From Candidatus Woesearchaeota archaeon (GTDB taxonomy: Archaea; Nanobdellota; Nanobdellia; Woesearchaeales; JAIPIC01), in contig JAIPIC010000001.1 in the NCBI GenBank assembly GCA_021734865.1, positions 4,166 to 68,165 on the forward strand: DNA of 64,000 nucleotides, given 5' to 3'. Both the position numbers and the translations under genes were made by a program. Below, one piece after another: positions 23,201 to 38,200 of the stretch. Position 1 is the stretch's first letter, and every line of letters begins with the position of its first letter. Below the pieces are notes generated by a model that ran no database searches, was not told the DNA's origin, and saw only the letters and a program-made list of their open reading frames with translations.

Positions 23201-26200
23201 AAGTGATAATAAGACTGTCTATATTATCGGCGGATCCTTGAATGCTTCAGCGAGTGTAGTTCCTTCTGATGGATCACCTATATTCAGGAACAACCAAAGC
23301 AGTGGTTATGTTAATATTGAGTATAACTTTAGTTCTCTTTCCGCACCACATGGTGATATAGGTAGTTATGATTACAGGTTCCTTTATGAAGCAAAACCAA
23401 TAAATGACAGTCTGGTAGGATGGTGGAATTTTAATTTTGGTGCGGACGATATTTCAGGCAGGGGTAATGATGGAATGTTAGGGAATGGCACCGGAGGAAC
23501 AGAACCCACAGCGTCATCAGGAAGAATCATGAGCGGTTATCTATTCGATGGAGAAGATGATCTTATAACTGTTTCTGACAGCCCGGATTTTGGTTTTGGC
23601 GAAAATGACTTCACTATTGAAGCATGGATAAACCCTGGAGACTTCAATTATCAGGGTACTGTATATAATTCTATATTTTCAAAAGGCGTTTATACAAACG
23701 AGACTGCAATCAACCATTTTGGCCTTTTCATTAAAAATTATACAAATGAACTAGTCTTTATTGTAAATAATGATTCTGATACGGCAAGCAGTGTGAGTTC
23801 ATTATCTCAGGAATGGCATCACGTCGTTGGTGTTAGGGTGTTCGATACTATATATTTGTATATAGATGGGGTGCTGAATGATACAGCAACAGTATCTGGT
23901 TCAGTAAATAATACAGAAGCGCTTTATTTTGGAGCACATGTATCTTCCAATGGTTATTTTAATGGTTCAATTGATGAAGCAAGGATCTACAGCCGTTCCT
24001 TGTCTTCAAATGAGATAAGGCATAATTTTGAAGTGGGACAACAGACAGTCGCGTCAAGTGGAACAACTGATGGAGATGGTATCGCTGGTTCTATCGATAT
24101 ACCAGAGAATGCATCAGTCGGTCCATACATGATGACTTTCGAAACACATGATGCTGATTATGACAACTACACATATTTGCAGAATTTCACAGTTTTAGGA
24201 AACCAATATCTCACAATATCTGGTCCTGCTAACGGTACTATTGTAAATGCTTATGGTGAAGATAGTGTGTTGCTTAGGGTCAATATATCTGACGATCTTA
24301 ATGAGACTGTCCAGGGGGCAGTTGTAGATTTTATAACACCATCCGGTCTATGTATATATGGAACTGAGAATGAAAGTGGAGCTTATTACAATTGTACTTT
24401 TGAACCAAACAATGTTCTGCAGCCGAATAATTATACCTGGTATGCAAGTTCAAGCAGGTTATATTATAATAATTCAAATTCAGGATTGGGCATAATAACT
24501 GTAATGGGTTATATCAGGAGAGACTTAAGCCTTAATCCTGAACAGAATTTCGCAGTTCACAGATCAAATGGTTCTGATCAATCAATTAACATCTCATGGC
24601 AGTTATCAAATATTATTGATAATAAGGGTCCGCTAAACGCTGTCAATTATTATGTTAAGTGGAATAATAGTAATGTGTCAAATGGAACAATATCAACTTC
24701 AGGGACAAGTGGCTGGTTTGATGTTGAAGATGACCTTCCAGTAGGTCAGTATTACCTTGAAGTTGGGTTGTCCAAAACTTATCGTTATGATAATGTAACT
24801 AATTATTCATATAATGTTTATGGTGATATGAGTATAGATATTATAGCTCCAGAAAATGGAACAGTAATCACACAGACGGGTCAGAATAGTACAAGAGTCT
24901 TAATCGTCAATATTAGTGATGAATTGAATAACTCAATTATTGGGGCCAATGTCACTTTCAACTTACCATCTGGTAACTGTACAATGGGTACTGAGGAGAT
25001 GGACTCGGGGCTGTACAATTGTACTTATAATGCAGCTGATATGATTCCAGGGAATTATTCGTGGAACGTGACTGTTGAAGCAGATTATTTCAATGTAACC
25101 TCCTCAGCAGATGGACTTTTATTCATACAGGGAGGGAGCATTGATGCAAGTATCAGTCTGACACCTGATAATGGAAGTAGATTATATAGATTTGATTCAG
25201 AGTCAGAGAACACGACAATAATCTACAATCTTAGTCAGATAAATACATCAAATGGTGAACTTGATAATTATACATGTAATATATTCTTCAATGATTATTC
25301 AGGGCAGTTGACTGAATACATCTTTAATGGGACCTGCAACTCTTCCGGTTCAGCTGATTCAATAGATGTTGCAGATAATAAAAGTGTTGGCCCATCACAT
25401 AGTTTTATTATTGAGGTCTTCAAGGAAGATTATGACAATTATACTTATTATTTCAATTACACAGTCTATGGTACATTAAGTGCCACAACAGTTGGACCTC
25501 CTAATGGTACAATGATATTTAGATCGGGAGATAATTCCACGCAAGTTCTCAGAGTCAATGTCACAGATATGCTTGGTAATCCAATAGAAAATGCAACAGT
25601 TACATTTGTTACACCAGATGGGATCTGTATAGGAGGAGTCCAAAATGGATCAGATGGAATCTATAACTGTACATTCGATCCGGATGATATGGATCCTGCT
25701 AATTATACATGGTACGCGACAGCTACAAAAACATATTATATTAATGCACAAAGCGATAATAAGACAGTATACGTAGCTGGCGGAAGTATGACTGCCACAT
25801 TTAACTCCACTCCTATTTTTCCTGGTCCTGTATTTAGATATGATCTGGGACAGGATGTAACAAATGCTTCTGAAGAGATCGGAAGAATAAACACGTCAGA
25901 TTTAAGCATGACTCTTGATCTTGATGATGATAGTGATGCTGATGATGTGATAAGTGTTTTCAACAGCTCTGATTTGCTGGTCAATCTGACTAATGGATCT
26001 GAATACTATGTACCTTTGGGAATAAATATTTCAAATGCCAGCAGTGGTATGCAGTATATCAATCTGTCTCATTCGGATCTGGGAGGAACTGGTTATATCA
26101 AGGTTATTGGCTGGGCAGGAGAAGATGATGTAATATGGGAAAATGTCACTGTTTTTATTGTTGACAATTCAAAGATTGCAAATAATACTATTATCACGTA

Positions 26201-29200
26201 CAATATATCAGAGATTGAAGCTGCAGGAAATCCAGTTGATTCTGTTAATTACGATGTCTTCTGGGACGGAATTTCAATAGATAGTGGAACTTGTGACAGA
26301 GATGGTTTTAGTGGAGATTACAACATACCTGACGATGAGACACCTGGGACTGCTCATTACCTGACAATTAATCTTACAAAAACAGGATACGATGATTATT
26401 ACATTAATGAATCTTATACTGTTCATGGAGAAATATTCACTCATCTTGAGCAGCCAGTTAATGGTTCAATAGTCCATAGAGCAGGAACAGTAAACAGGAC
26501 AATTGTATTGCTAGTCAATCTAACACAGGACTTAAATGAATCTGTAGATGATGCTACTGTAAGTTTTAATATTCCCACGCCTGGTTCGTGTCTTTATGGG
26601 ACAGTAAACATGGGTGATGGGTTATATAATTGTACTTATGAACCTCATGCTTCACTTTCAATGAACAACTATTCCTGGAATGTTTCCATCACCAAGGATT
26701 ATTATCAGAAGAATAATGTCAATGGAATTATCACAGTCAAGGACTGGATGAAAATTGTGTACATGAACAATAGTGTCAATTTTAGCAGAAGAGACAATAT
26801 ATCTTTATCAGCAAGAATGCAGGATCTGAGTGCAAACAATCTCTCACTTTCAGGCTTCAGCTGTGACTGGTATGTAAATGACATATACATAAACACAAGC
26901 AATACTACTGAAGCAGGTTTATGTAATCTAAATTACAGTATCAACTGTTCTAATTCAGTTGGACAATACAATGTGTTTGTCAATTTCAGCGGTTCCTATG
27001 ATGCATATACAATTTATCAGAATTGGAGCACTGGAACTTTCAATCTTAGGGATGTTGTCACAATCAACATTACTAATCCGAATACTACAACAACTTATGA
27101 CCCTGGTGATCAGGTCAGTCTGAATGCGACTATTAATGACAGCTGCGGATATGATCCAGATACAGGGTATTCTGTAACCTGGTACTACAGTAAAGCTGGA
27201 TCAGCTTGGTCTATCATATCAACCAATCAGCATGATGTATGGAATATTCCTGGAGACGATTACGGGTTACTGAATGTTACAGCAGAGGTCAGCCATGCAT
27301 ATTATGATAATATCAATGATTCCAATATTATCACTGTACAGGATGTATTGAACGCGGAACTAGTATCACATCAGACTCAGTTCAACCGAACAGATGCTGT
27401 ATTAGCAGGAGAAACCTTCACTTTGATAGGGCGGCTTGTTACTGGAAATGGCATTGCTCTTAATGATTCTGATTATGTTGGAAATTGGTCAAATTATACA
27501 TGCAACTGGTTCATAGATGGGTGGGGAAATATGTCCAATTTTACTATGAATCTGATTAATCAGTCTCTCCAGAACTTCACGATTGATCTGGATGATGATA
27601 CCTATGCTAATGATACTGTATATGTTTATAATGATACACATATCCTTATCAATCTTTCAGATGGGTCCGATTATTTCATTGATCTTGGAGCTGATATTTC
27701 AGAAGCCAACGTTACCAAAGTTGAACTGAACGTGATCAGGGCGCCAATCGGCCCTTATGCAAATATTTCAATTGTTGGAAATACCAGCATAAACTATTCT
27801 ATATCTGGTTGCAATATAACTGTATGGAGAGAAAGGAATTATACGACCTACACAGATGAAGACGGCTATTGCTATTTCAACTGGACTACAACATGTGATC
27901 AGGCACCAAAACAGTACACTGCCAATGTTCACATTGAGGGCAACTCAACCTCTGGTTATGCATTATGGGACAAAGATGGAGACGGGACTATCAGTATTGT
28001 GGATCATCTTAATTTCACAATAATGTCCCCTTTAAATAATGAGGGATTCACTTACCCAAGCGATGCCTTGTTGAATGCTTCAATCATTGACAGTTGTGGT
28101 CCAAATCCTCCTGTTAATTATACACACTATTGGAGATGGGCTGATAAAGATACTCCTCAGCAGCTGGTTGGTGATTCCAATCCTTACGTCTGGACTATTT
28201 CCTCATGGGCCAATGAAGAAGGCAACTTAACAAGTCAGATAATATATCCATATTATATTGTTAATAACCAGATGATTAATCTAACAATCTCTAAAACAAT
28301 CAAGATTTTTAATGTGTCCACTCTTGAATATCCTCCGAAGGACAGTCTTGTAAATATCACATGTAATGGTTCCATCGTTGGCATGACCAATCATTCCGGG
28401 TTTAATGTAACCTTCTTTATTGACCGGTTAGTTGAACAGTTCAGTGATAATATGAATGAAGTGAGCACTGACTGGACAAACAGGAATCTAATTAGAAGAG
28501 GCAGTTCAAGTTTAAAACAGATTATTTCTTATAAACAAATACCAGGAGACTTCTATGCAGGTAGCACTACAAACACAGTAACATCAGCCTCTGGTATCAG
28601 ATTAGAAGCTTTTGGCATATCAGACACAAATATTCTTAAAAATTTTTCGGCAGAGTCATTTTCCTCTAATGTGGGTTGGTGGTCTCATGAGATAGCCCAG
28701 CTTTTTGATAACAATACTGACTGCACATATTATGGCGGCACGTCTTGTTTATATGTTGCTAAAGGAAATGGCAGAGTCATGATTCAACTTGATTTTGATA
28801 ACACCAGCACTAGCCGGAGTCATTTCATCAGGAAGATGATGATATTTCACAGACCCATAACTGACTCAAGTTATGATACAATGAGGACAAACGGAATGGA
28901 GATAATACTTTCTCCAGATACTTATTTCAATGGTTCTGAGACAGTTGTATGGGACACATCTGAGAATGGCACCTATTATGAAACAATTTATGGACAGGAC
29001 TTCTTTTTCGGGCCGATCGATACTAGATCCATTCGTCTGTGGACAGATGGCAATACGCTGAACGGGTGGAATTTTTATGTAGAAGTTGAAGCATATGAGG
29101 AAGATAATTATTCTGATACAGGTGAATTCATTGGCCAGGTTGTGGATACTTATTCATCACCTGAATATGGTTCATTATACTGGTCAGAACTGTTTTACAG

Positions 29201-32200
29201 GGCCAACTATTCTCAATTTGCAACAAATCTTCAAGATGATATAAACAATTTGGACACAGAGAATTGGCCTCACGCCTGGGCAAGCAATTTTGAATCTGAT
29301 GCTCATAATGGCAGTGGAGTAATCAATGGCATAACTGATATGCCAACTGCTTGGCAAACTGATGAGACTGATCTATCAGATGTATATTTAGATATCAATT
29401 TTAGCCGGACAAGGCACTTATTCAAGATAGGGTTAAATCCATCCTATTATTCTACCAGTAAGAACACAGCTCAGATGGACAATTTCACAGTCGAAATAGG
29501 AGAAGATGAATATACTTTCTCTGTGGAAAATGTATCTGACTGGAACTATTATCAAATTAACCCTACCGAGACAGATTATGTGAGAATAAAGAATATTGGA
29601 AAGAATGATTCATCTATGGGAGCTGGAATCAGAGAGATCCAATTGTTTGAAAAATATGGAAACGTGAAGATGCAGGTTAGGAGTAGCAGTAGCAATGCAA
29701 CTCTGCAAACTCTTGATTTTGTAGGTCCAGATGGCACTACTGACACATATTTTACAAGACCAGGTCAGGAAATAAACGAATCTCATGACTCAGACAGATA
29801 TATCCAGACTAAAGTATACCTAAATACAACTAACACTTCATTCTCACCTATTGTATCGGATATAGAGATCAGCATGAGCAATATTACAACTGAGACGCAT
29901 AGGGGAGAAAACTGGACTAATTATATTTTCAATTTTACTCTACAATCCTATTCCAATTCATCAGCCTTTTTTAGGTACATTAATGAAACAGATTATTACA
30001 GTATCGATTTTGATTACAACAACAATGAGGTTGTGTTATACAAAACATTAGAGGGTTCAAGATCAAAACTAAATAATGCAAGTGTAACGGTTGATGATAC
30101 TTTAAGGAAGGTTTCTATCGAAGTGGATAATTCTTCTATTACAGATTTTGAGATCCAGATAACATATTCTGGTTCAGTCATAATTGAGAGCAATGATACC
30201 AGTATTAATAGAGGTAAGGTAGGATTCTTAGTCGTCAACAATACGCAGACCTCATTTGACGACATTGAGGTTACAACATTCAACAAAGAAGGTGAAATGG
30301 TTGAGACAGACTATTTTGGGAATGCTGTCTATCAATGGGATACTATTGGATACTCTGAGGGTAACCATCTAATTGAATGTAATATTACTGACGATCGTGA
30401 CAACTATTACATAGCTGATGAAAGCCAATTTTATACTAATAAGATGGTGGTTCTCCCTACAGATCTTATTCTTTCAGCGTATTATATAGCAAATGACCAA
30501 TCTGGTTATATGGATACAGACATTGTCTACCGGGATCAGAATCCACATTGGGAGGAACCTTGGAATATATCTCTTGGGGTGAATGTAAGTATTGCCGGTG
30601 CTGCTGGAATCCAACCAATTGACAATGTTACTGCACATTTCAATATTTTTGACAATAGTCTAAACCTTGTTGAGACAATCAACTGCACCACCAATATAAC
30701 CAAATATAACGAAAGGCAATATGATAATGATTATAATTGGTTTGACAATTATATTTGTGATACCCTTTTTAATCCAGGAGATAATTTTGAGGTAGGAAAA
30801 CATTTCATCATCTTAAATGCTACAAAACCTGATTCAGAAGGATGGAGTACAAATATTGTCAATGAGACAATTTACATATATGGCATGTTAAATATTACAA
30901 TAAACGAATCGTTTGAAAACAAGACCTACTATTCACATCTAAATTATACTTTCAATTATACAGTTACAGATGATAGGGGTCAATTCATTGATCATCCAAA
31001 TGTTGAAGTCAGGTTTTATCAAGAAAGAGGGGATACTGCAACATGTGTTGATGAACTGATTGGAGAAGCAAATGACAGCGGTGAAGTGGAATGGGCATTA
31101 TCAGATTGGCAGAGAGACAACAGGACATTATTCAGTGCCAGGGATTGGCATGTGTATGCCATAGCTCAAGCACTATACTATGTAGCAGACGATATCACAA
31201 CAGTATATAATGCTGAGAATAGTGATTGTGAAGACCAACGTTACAGATATCACTGGGGAAATATAAATATTACTTTGGTGCATATTGTCAATGTATCGAT
31301 AGACAAACCTACTGAATCTGTAGCACTAATGAATACTACGACAGGAATGGTCAATTTCACATGTATGCTTTTCCGGGATTTTGACAATATGAATGTCGAT
31401 GAAGGATATGATGTTTATTTTAGATGTGATAGCTGTAATCAATCTGAAAACTATAATTGGAGAAGTACACTGACCAATTATAATGGAGAGGCAAAATTTG
31501 CTTTGAATTTCTCACAAGAAATACTTGATATACCATACAACTTTACATGTCGTTTTGAAAATACAACATTCTTACAATCTGATAATGCAACCCACACCAG
31601 AACCTATATCGTTTCTGATTATATCGGTACTGGTGAAGGAACATGCTTAGATGATGGCTATTGCAATACTTCAGCCATGTTTGGAGGTGGAGGTGGAGGA
31701 GAAAACTGTCAGCTCTGTCCAAAAGAATGTGATATGGATGTATGGATGACTAATAATACAGATTATTATAAAGGTGGTTATGTCAATAACCAATATCATT
31801 TTGAACCTGCACTAAACTGGAGTACTCAAAACGAATCTGAAGATCTTGGGGAACTCAATACGAGTGATTGGGCTAACCTCACTATTGATCTTGATGATGA
31901 TGGCATTCTAAACGATAGATCACGTATTTTCAATGATACTCATTTAGTTTTAAATATGTCCAACTCATCAGTCTACTTCGTTGGTCTTGGTGTAAATGTA
32001 TCAAATGTTTCTGAGGGAACTGGTTTCACATTAATAAATGTCTCACAGGCATCAATTGGAGATATTGGTAACATTACAATTGTAGGTGAAATATTTGAAG
32101 ATAATGTGATCTGGGATAACATAACTGTGCTTGTCCAGACTGGTTCAATTATATGGACAAACCAAAATGGCATTTCAAATTCTCAAGAATATTATGGATC

Positions 32201-35200
32201 AAGAATATACCCAATATCAATAGCAAACGCATGTGGTTGTAATTATGATGGGGTATGTAATGGTGCTTACGAAACGACCACAAGCTGTCCTGAAGATTGC
32301 GAAACTGTTGATTTGAATAGAACACCAGATTTTATGAATAATCAATCAACAAAATACTTTGTGCATGTTGGCGAAAATGTTAATATCACTGTCAATGTAC
32401 GTGATCAAGATGAGAATCTTCATTATGTCTGGCTTTACAATAACATTTCTGACACCAATACGACAATGTTCCAAGAAGGTACTGGTACCTGTGAGGATTG
32501 GTGTACTTTTTATCTAAATAATGTAAACATTGGCGAAGATACATTGTTTACTTTTTATGCAAATGATACTAGTGGGAATCTTAATGGCGACACGATTGTT
32601 TCTGTAAAGATTGATGAGATCTACCCTCAGATATGGAATTTGATTCTTGAAGAGGGAGATAATGTCACAAGACACGATGCAAGTGTGAATTTCACAGTGG
32701 AAGTCAATGAACCTAATGTTCTAAATGTAACTCTAAATGGAAGTCTAATGTCAAATGCAACCGGAATATATAAAATTCAGATAGAACCATCAGCTTTAGG
32801 GTGTACTTCAGGAGAAAATAACCCCTGCACATTAATGGCAGAGGTATATGATGGTGCTTGGAACTATAATTCTACACCTTACACTTTTTACATTGATACT
32901 GTAGATCCTTTAATATGGAACTTTACCCATAGTTTCACTTATGACAATACCACAACGTCTGGTTTAATAAATCATTATTATGTGCATGCTACGGATGTAA
33001 ATATTAGAAATGTAAGCATCAATGGTACACAGATGTATCAAAATGTGAGTGATAATGAAGTCTGGTGGATCAATGAGTCTGTTATTAGTTTTGGTTGCAA
33101 TGTCAGTGGAGTAAACAACTGCACACTTGTAGCAACTGCAGAAGATTATGCTGGTAATAGTATTGATTCAGATGAGGTAATAATCTCAGTGAATAACAAC
33201 GCACCTCAAATAGTAAATTTTTCAACCAATCTTACAATAAATGTGTCAAACATGTACGATCTGATCAACTTTTCAGTATGGGCAAATGAAACAAGCCTAA
33301 AAAACGTGACAGTATCAGGGATTAATATGAGTCAGGTAGGTCAAAGTACTATATTCAACCTTGAGATTTCGCCTTATGATTTGGGTTGCACTGTGGAAGG
33401 ATTATGTACATTAACAGCCATTGCTTATGAATCAATAAATGAAAACTCCAATTCAACAGAGTTTAATTTGACTATTGATAATACTCCTCCAGCAATTACT
33501 GACTATAATGTCAATGATAGTATTGTTAAAGCAGGTATACCAATCACTATTTGGGCAAATGCAGTAGATGATTATATGGATGATTTTTGGATTCAGAACG
33601 GGACTGGTTTTGATCCGGCATCATTGGCTGAACACTCAAACTTAGGAAATGAATTATATATTGCTATTTGGAAAAACAACACAGTACCATTTGGTAACAA
33701 ATCAGCCAATACTTCCCTGTACTTTAGGACTGGAACCAATGATAGCACATATACAGTCACTGGAAGATTTAAAATTTACAATGCATATATCGATTTGTAT
33801 AATGAGATTAGCATTGATGGAGGGGATTCATATTCAAAAATAAGCAACAATGAAGTTTCCTTCAGCTCAACATTCGAATCTGGAAGTGATACTGATGGTT
33901 TTGATATCACCCTTAATGCTCATAAAAATGCTGCATTCCTTGTTAATCTGACATCGCCTAGTGGATATCATCTTGTCACGTACTTTGGTGCTGGCTCAGT
34001 AAGGAATCAGACTGTGCCCTATGCTTATGCTAATGGAATCTATGATGGCAGTTACAATGATATTATTTGTTTTGGTTCCAAATCTGAGACAAATTATTCA
34101 TGCACTTATGAAATCAGCAAGAATACCACCCTTTACTTTTATGGCAATGATTCTGCTCGGAACACTAACGACACGAATACTATCTTTGTTGAAGTTGACG
34201 ATACAGTACCAGTAATTACTTCCAACCTGATTTCTAATGCTTCAGAAAATCAGTCAACAACACTCGCGGTTCTGAATTTTAGTGTTGGTGGTGTTGACAA
34301 TAATATTTGGTATGTTTCTCTTAATGACTCTGTAAACATGACAAATACTTATGGTGATCAATTTGAAGCCATAACTACAGCTGGCAATCTTGGGTGCGGA
34401 GAGGACGGCGCTTGCATAATTGGTGCAAGATTCATTGATGAAGCTGATCATGAGAATACTTCTGAATATGTACTGATCAGTGATTTGACACCTCCTGAAG
34501 TCACAAACATGGAGGTGAACGATTCGACAATCCGATCGGGAGCTTCAGTCAATATAACTGTAAACATTACAGATTATCTTTCATTCGATGGATACGTATA
34601 TAATTCAAGCAATCAACAAGAATGCACTCTAAGTCAAATTGAAGGAGATATTTACTCTTGTGTATTTACAGTACTTGCAACTGACACTTTCTATGTCAAT
34701 GCGACTGATGCACTTGACAATACAAACGACGATGCAAATATAACAGTGTATGTTGATGAGACTCCACCAACCCCTGTTAGGGTATTCATTAATGATAGTG
34801 ATAATATAACAGGAATACTCTATGATTACAGTTTCTTGTTTGAGGTTACAGATATTGACGGAGCTGAGCCAGACTATGTTGCAGAAGCAGTTATCAATGG
34901 TACACAATTATCAAAAATATCAGACTATATCTGGGGAACAAATACTTCTCCCAGCACATTTGGTTGCTCTGCAGGCGATAATGTCACCTGTATAATCAAT
35001 GCAACTGGAACTGATTACGCACAGCTTTCCAACTATAAGACATTTGAATTCACTATTGATAGCTGGGCACCATATATTATTGATGAAAACATTAACATAA
35101 CCAGCGAAGCATACAGATCTGATAGGGATGTCTTGTTCTGGGCAAATGTGACTGACTCAAATTTGTTTAATGTATCTTTTGGTGGTAGAACAGCAACTGA

Positions 35201-38200
35201 AACTGTAACTAACAACTTCACATATGTCAATACTTTGGCTGTACTTGGTTGCAGTGCTGGTGGTGAAGATGTAAACTGTCAAGTAACATTAAGAGCTACA
35301 GACAAAGGAGAAAATGCAAATACTTCAACATACAATATTAAAATAGATGATAGGGCTCCTAGACTCAATATATTTTATTTGAATGATTCGGTTGTCCAGA
35401 GTTATCAAAATGTAACTTTCAACGCACAGGTTGATGATATTTATTTGGATTTGGTATGGATCGAAACAGATGGTAGTCCAGTTGGTTTCATGGAGAATAT
35501 AAGCAGTAATGATTTTGAGTATACTCTGAATGTATCAGAGAATAAAACTTATACACTTAATGCAAATGACACAAACAACAATCTAAACTTCAGTCTCACT
35601 GCTCCAGTATATATTGATGATTTACCTCCTAATCCGATTAGGTTCTACTCGAATGATACAAATAATCTGACATCTCATACAAATCCATTACTATTCTATG
35701 TGAATGCTGATGATATTGATGGCATCACTCCAGACTTTGCAAAGGACGTGTATATCAACGGTACAATTATGGGTCACGAAGGAGGTACTTACAATTATAC
35801 TTTAGCCTCAACCCCAAATGATTTAGGATGTACGTCTTCTGCAGATCAGACCTGCCTTTTGAGAGCAACCGTAGTTGATGAAGCAGACAACACAGATTAC
35901 ATAGATTATTCAATTGTTTTAGACGCGAGTCCGCCTAGAATATGGCTTTTTGACTCCAATGATACAGATGATGTTGCAAGATCAGACAAGATTCTCAATT
36001 TTAGTGTCAATGCAGATGACATTACGTTGATTAATGTCACTGCAAACCAACAGGAATTTACTCAGCTTGGTTCTACCGTAGTATTCCAGTACATTGGTAG
36101 TCCGCTAACACTGGGATGTCCACCTGGCCCAGATGAATCTTGTACAATTACAGTTAGAGCAGATGATTTAGCTGAAAACACAAACAGCACTAACTACACT
36201 CTAATTATTGATGATAATAGTCCGTCTGTTTCTCTTTTTACGGCAAATGACACTATCGTACAGAGCGGCATCAGTGTAAATTTAACTATTAATGTCTCTG
36301 ATCCAAACATTTACGATTTTGATATATATAATGAATCTTTGCAACTTGCCTGTACCCTAGACAGAAAGATAAGTGGAGAGACTTCATACTGCATTGTAAC
36401 ATATTATGAACAGCACAATTTCACAGTCAATGCTTCAGATAGAGCTGATAATGTAAACAATAGTGAAACTCTTGCAATATATATTGATGATACTCCCCCA
36501 GTTGTAAATTACTTTGTTTCAAGCCAAGGTGACAATGTTAGCCAGCCAAGCCAATATGTCAACTTCACAGTTTTAGTTACTGATGTTGATGATGTGCCGA
36601 CGCAATATGCAGAATCAGTAAATATAAATGGAACGCCAATGACTAGAAGCCAGAATCCCAATCTCTGGTATTTGTATACACGACCCATGGACATAAATTG
36701 TCCTGGTGAAGCTTCAACATATGACTGCATACTTATGGCCAATGCTTCCGATGAAGCAGGAAATATTGACACAGAGATATATGTCATAACAATAGACCAA
36801 AATAATCCAAACATTCAAAATCTCACATCAAATGCAACAAATGATCTGGCGAGACTTTCATCTGTGTTGAACTTCAGCGTTTTATCGCAGGATGATAATC
36901 TAATGAATGTGACAATAAATGGTTCATATATGAGTAGAGTTGCTGACAGTGACTATTATTACAACATTACAACTCCTGCAGATCTCGGTTGCGGTTCAGG
37001 GAATAATCAACCTTGTATACTTGTTTCAAGAGCCGTTGATATGGCACTAAATACAAATGAAACGACATATATTATTTACATAGATGAGATAGCACCACAA
37101 GTGACTTTTATAACTGCAAATGATACAATTGTTAAGAATTCAATCTCTGTGAATATTAGTGTAGATGTTACTGATCCTAACTTAGAACTTGTATGGGCAA
37201 TGAACGAAACTGAAATAATTTGTTCAAACATGGTAGAAACTGATACAGATCAATATTCATGCGTATTCTTAACTTCTGATGATACTCAAAATATTACGAT
37301 CTATGCAAATGACAGTGTAGGAAATTTAAATGATTCAGTCCTTATAGAAATTGTTGTTGATACATTACAACCACATCTTCACAGTTTTGAAACAAACGAT
37401 TCTGACAGTATTGTTAGTATGGAGCAGCCTATAAATTTTACAATATATATGAATGATACATACGCAAAGAGTATCAAACTTAATGGTTCAGATATGAACC
37501 AAATCGGCGATTCATACTACTATGATATTGTGAAGACACCAAATGAGCTAGGATGCACGTCTGGAGATGGAGTTGATTGCATTATTGGAGTAATCTCTGA
37601 GGATGAAGCTGGAAACACCAATACATCTGAACTAATAATATCAGTAGATTCTATTAGTCCTTTGATTTCACCAATCATTATCAATGACAGTGATAATGTA
37701 AGTAATAATGGTGTAGATATCAATTTCACTGTCCATGTAGATGACAGCTATGTAAATTATGTCAGATTGAACGGTAGCGACATGATTCAGGATCAGGTAG
37801 ACACGACATTATTTTATCTAACCACCACACCGCTGGCTTTAGGTTGTACCATGACTTCAAATGTAAATTGTACCGTAGCTGTGACTGCAACTGATCTTGC
37901 AGATAATTATAATGTCACCGATTATATTATTGAGATTGACAATGTTAATCCAGTAAACAACTGGGCAAGATCAAACGATACTGATAATATTTCAAAGCTA
38001 TACTCTGAGATTAACTTTACGATAAACACAACTGACAAGTACATGTCTTTTGTCAGCATTAACGGCACAAACATGATTCAAACTGAAGACCCATATATTT
38101 GGTATTTTAATGGAACGCCAGATGAGTTATCATGTACCGGCGGCCCTAGTACTGTCTGTTTATTAGGGATGGAATCTGTGGACCAAGGAGGTAACAGAGA

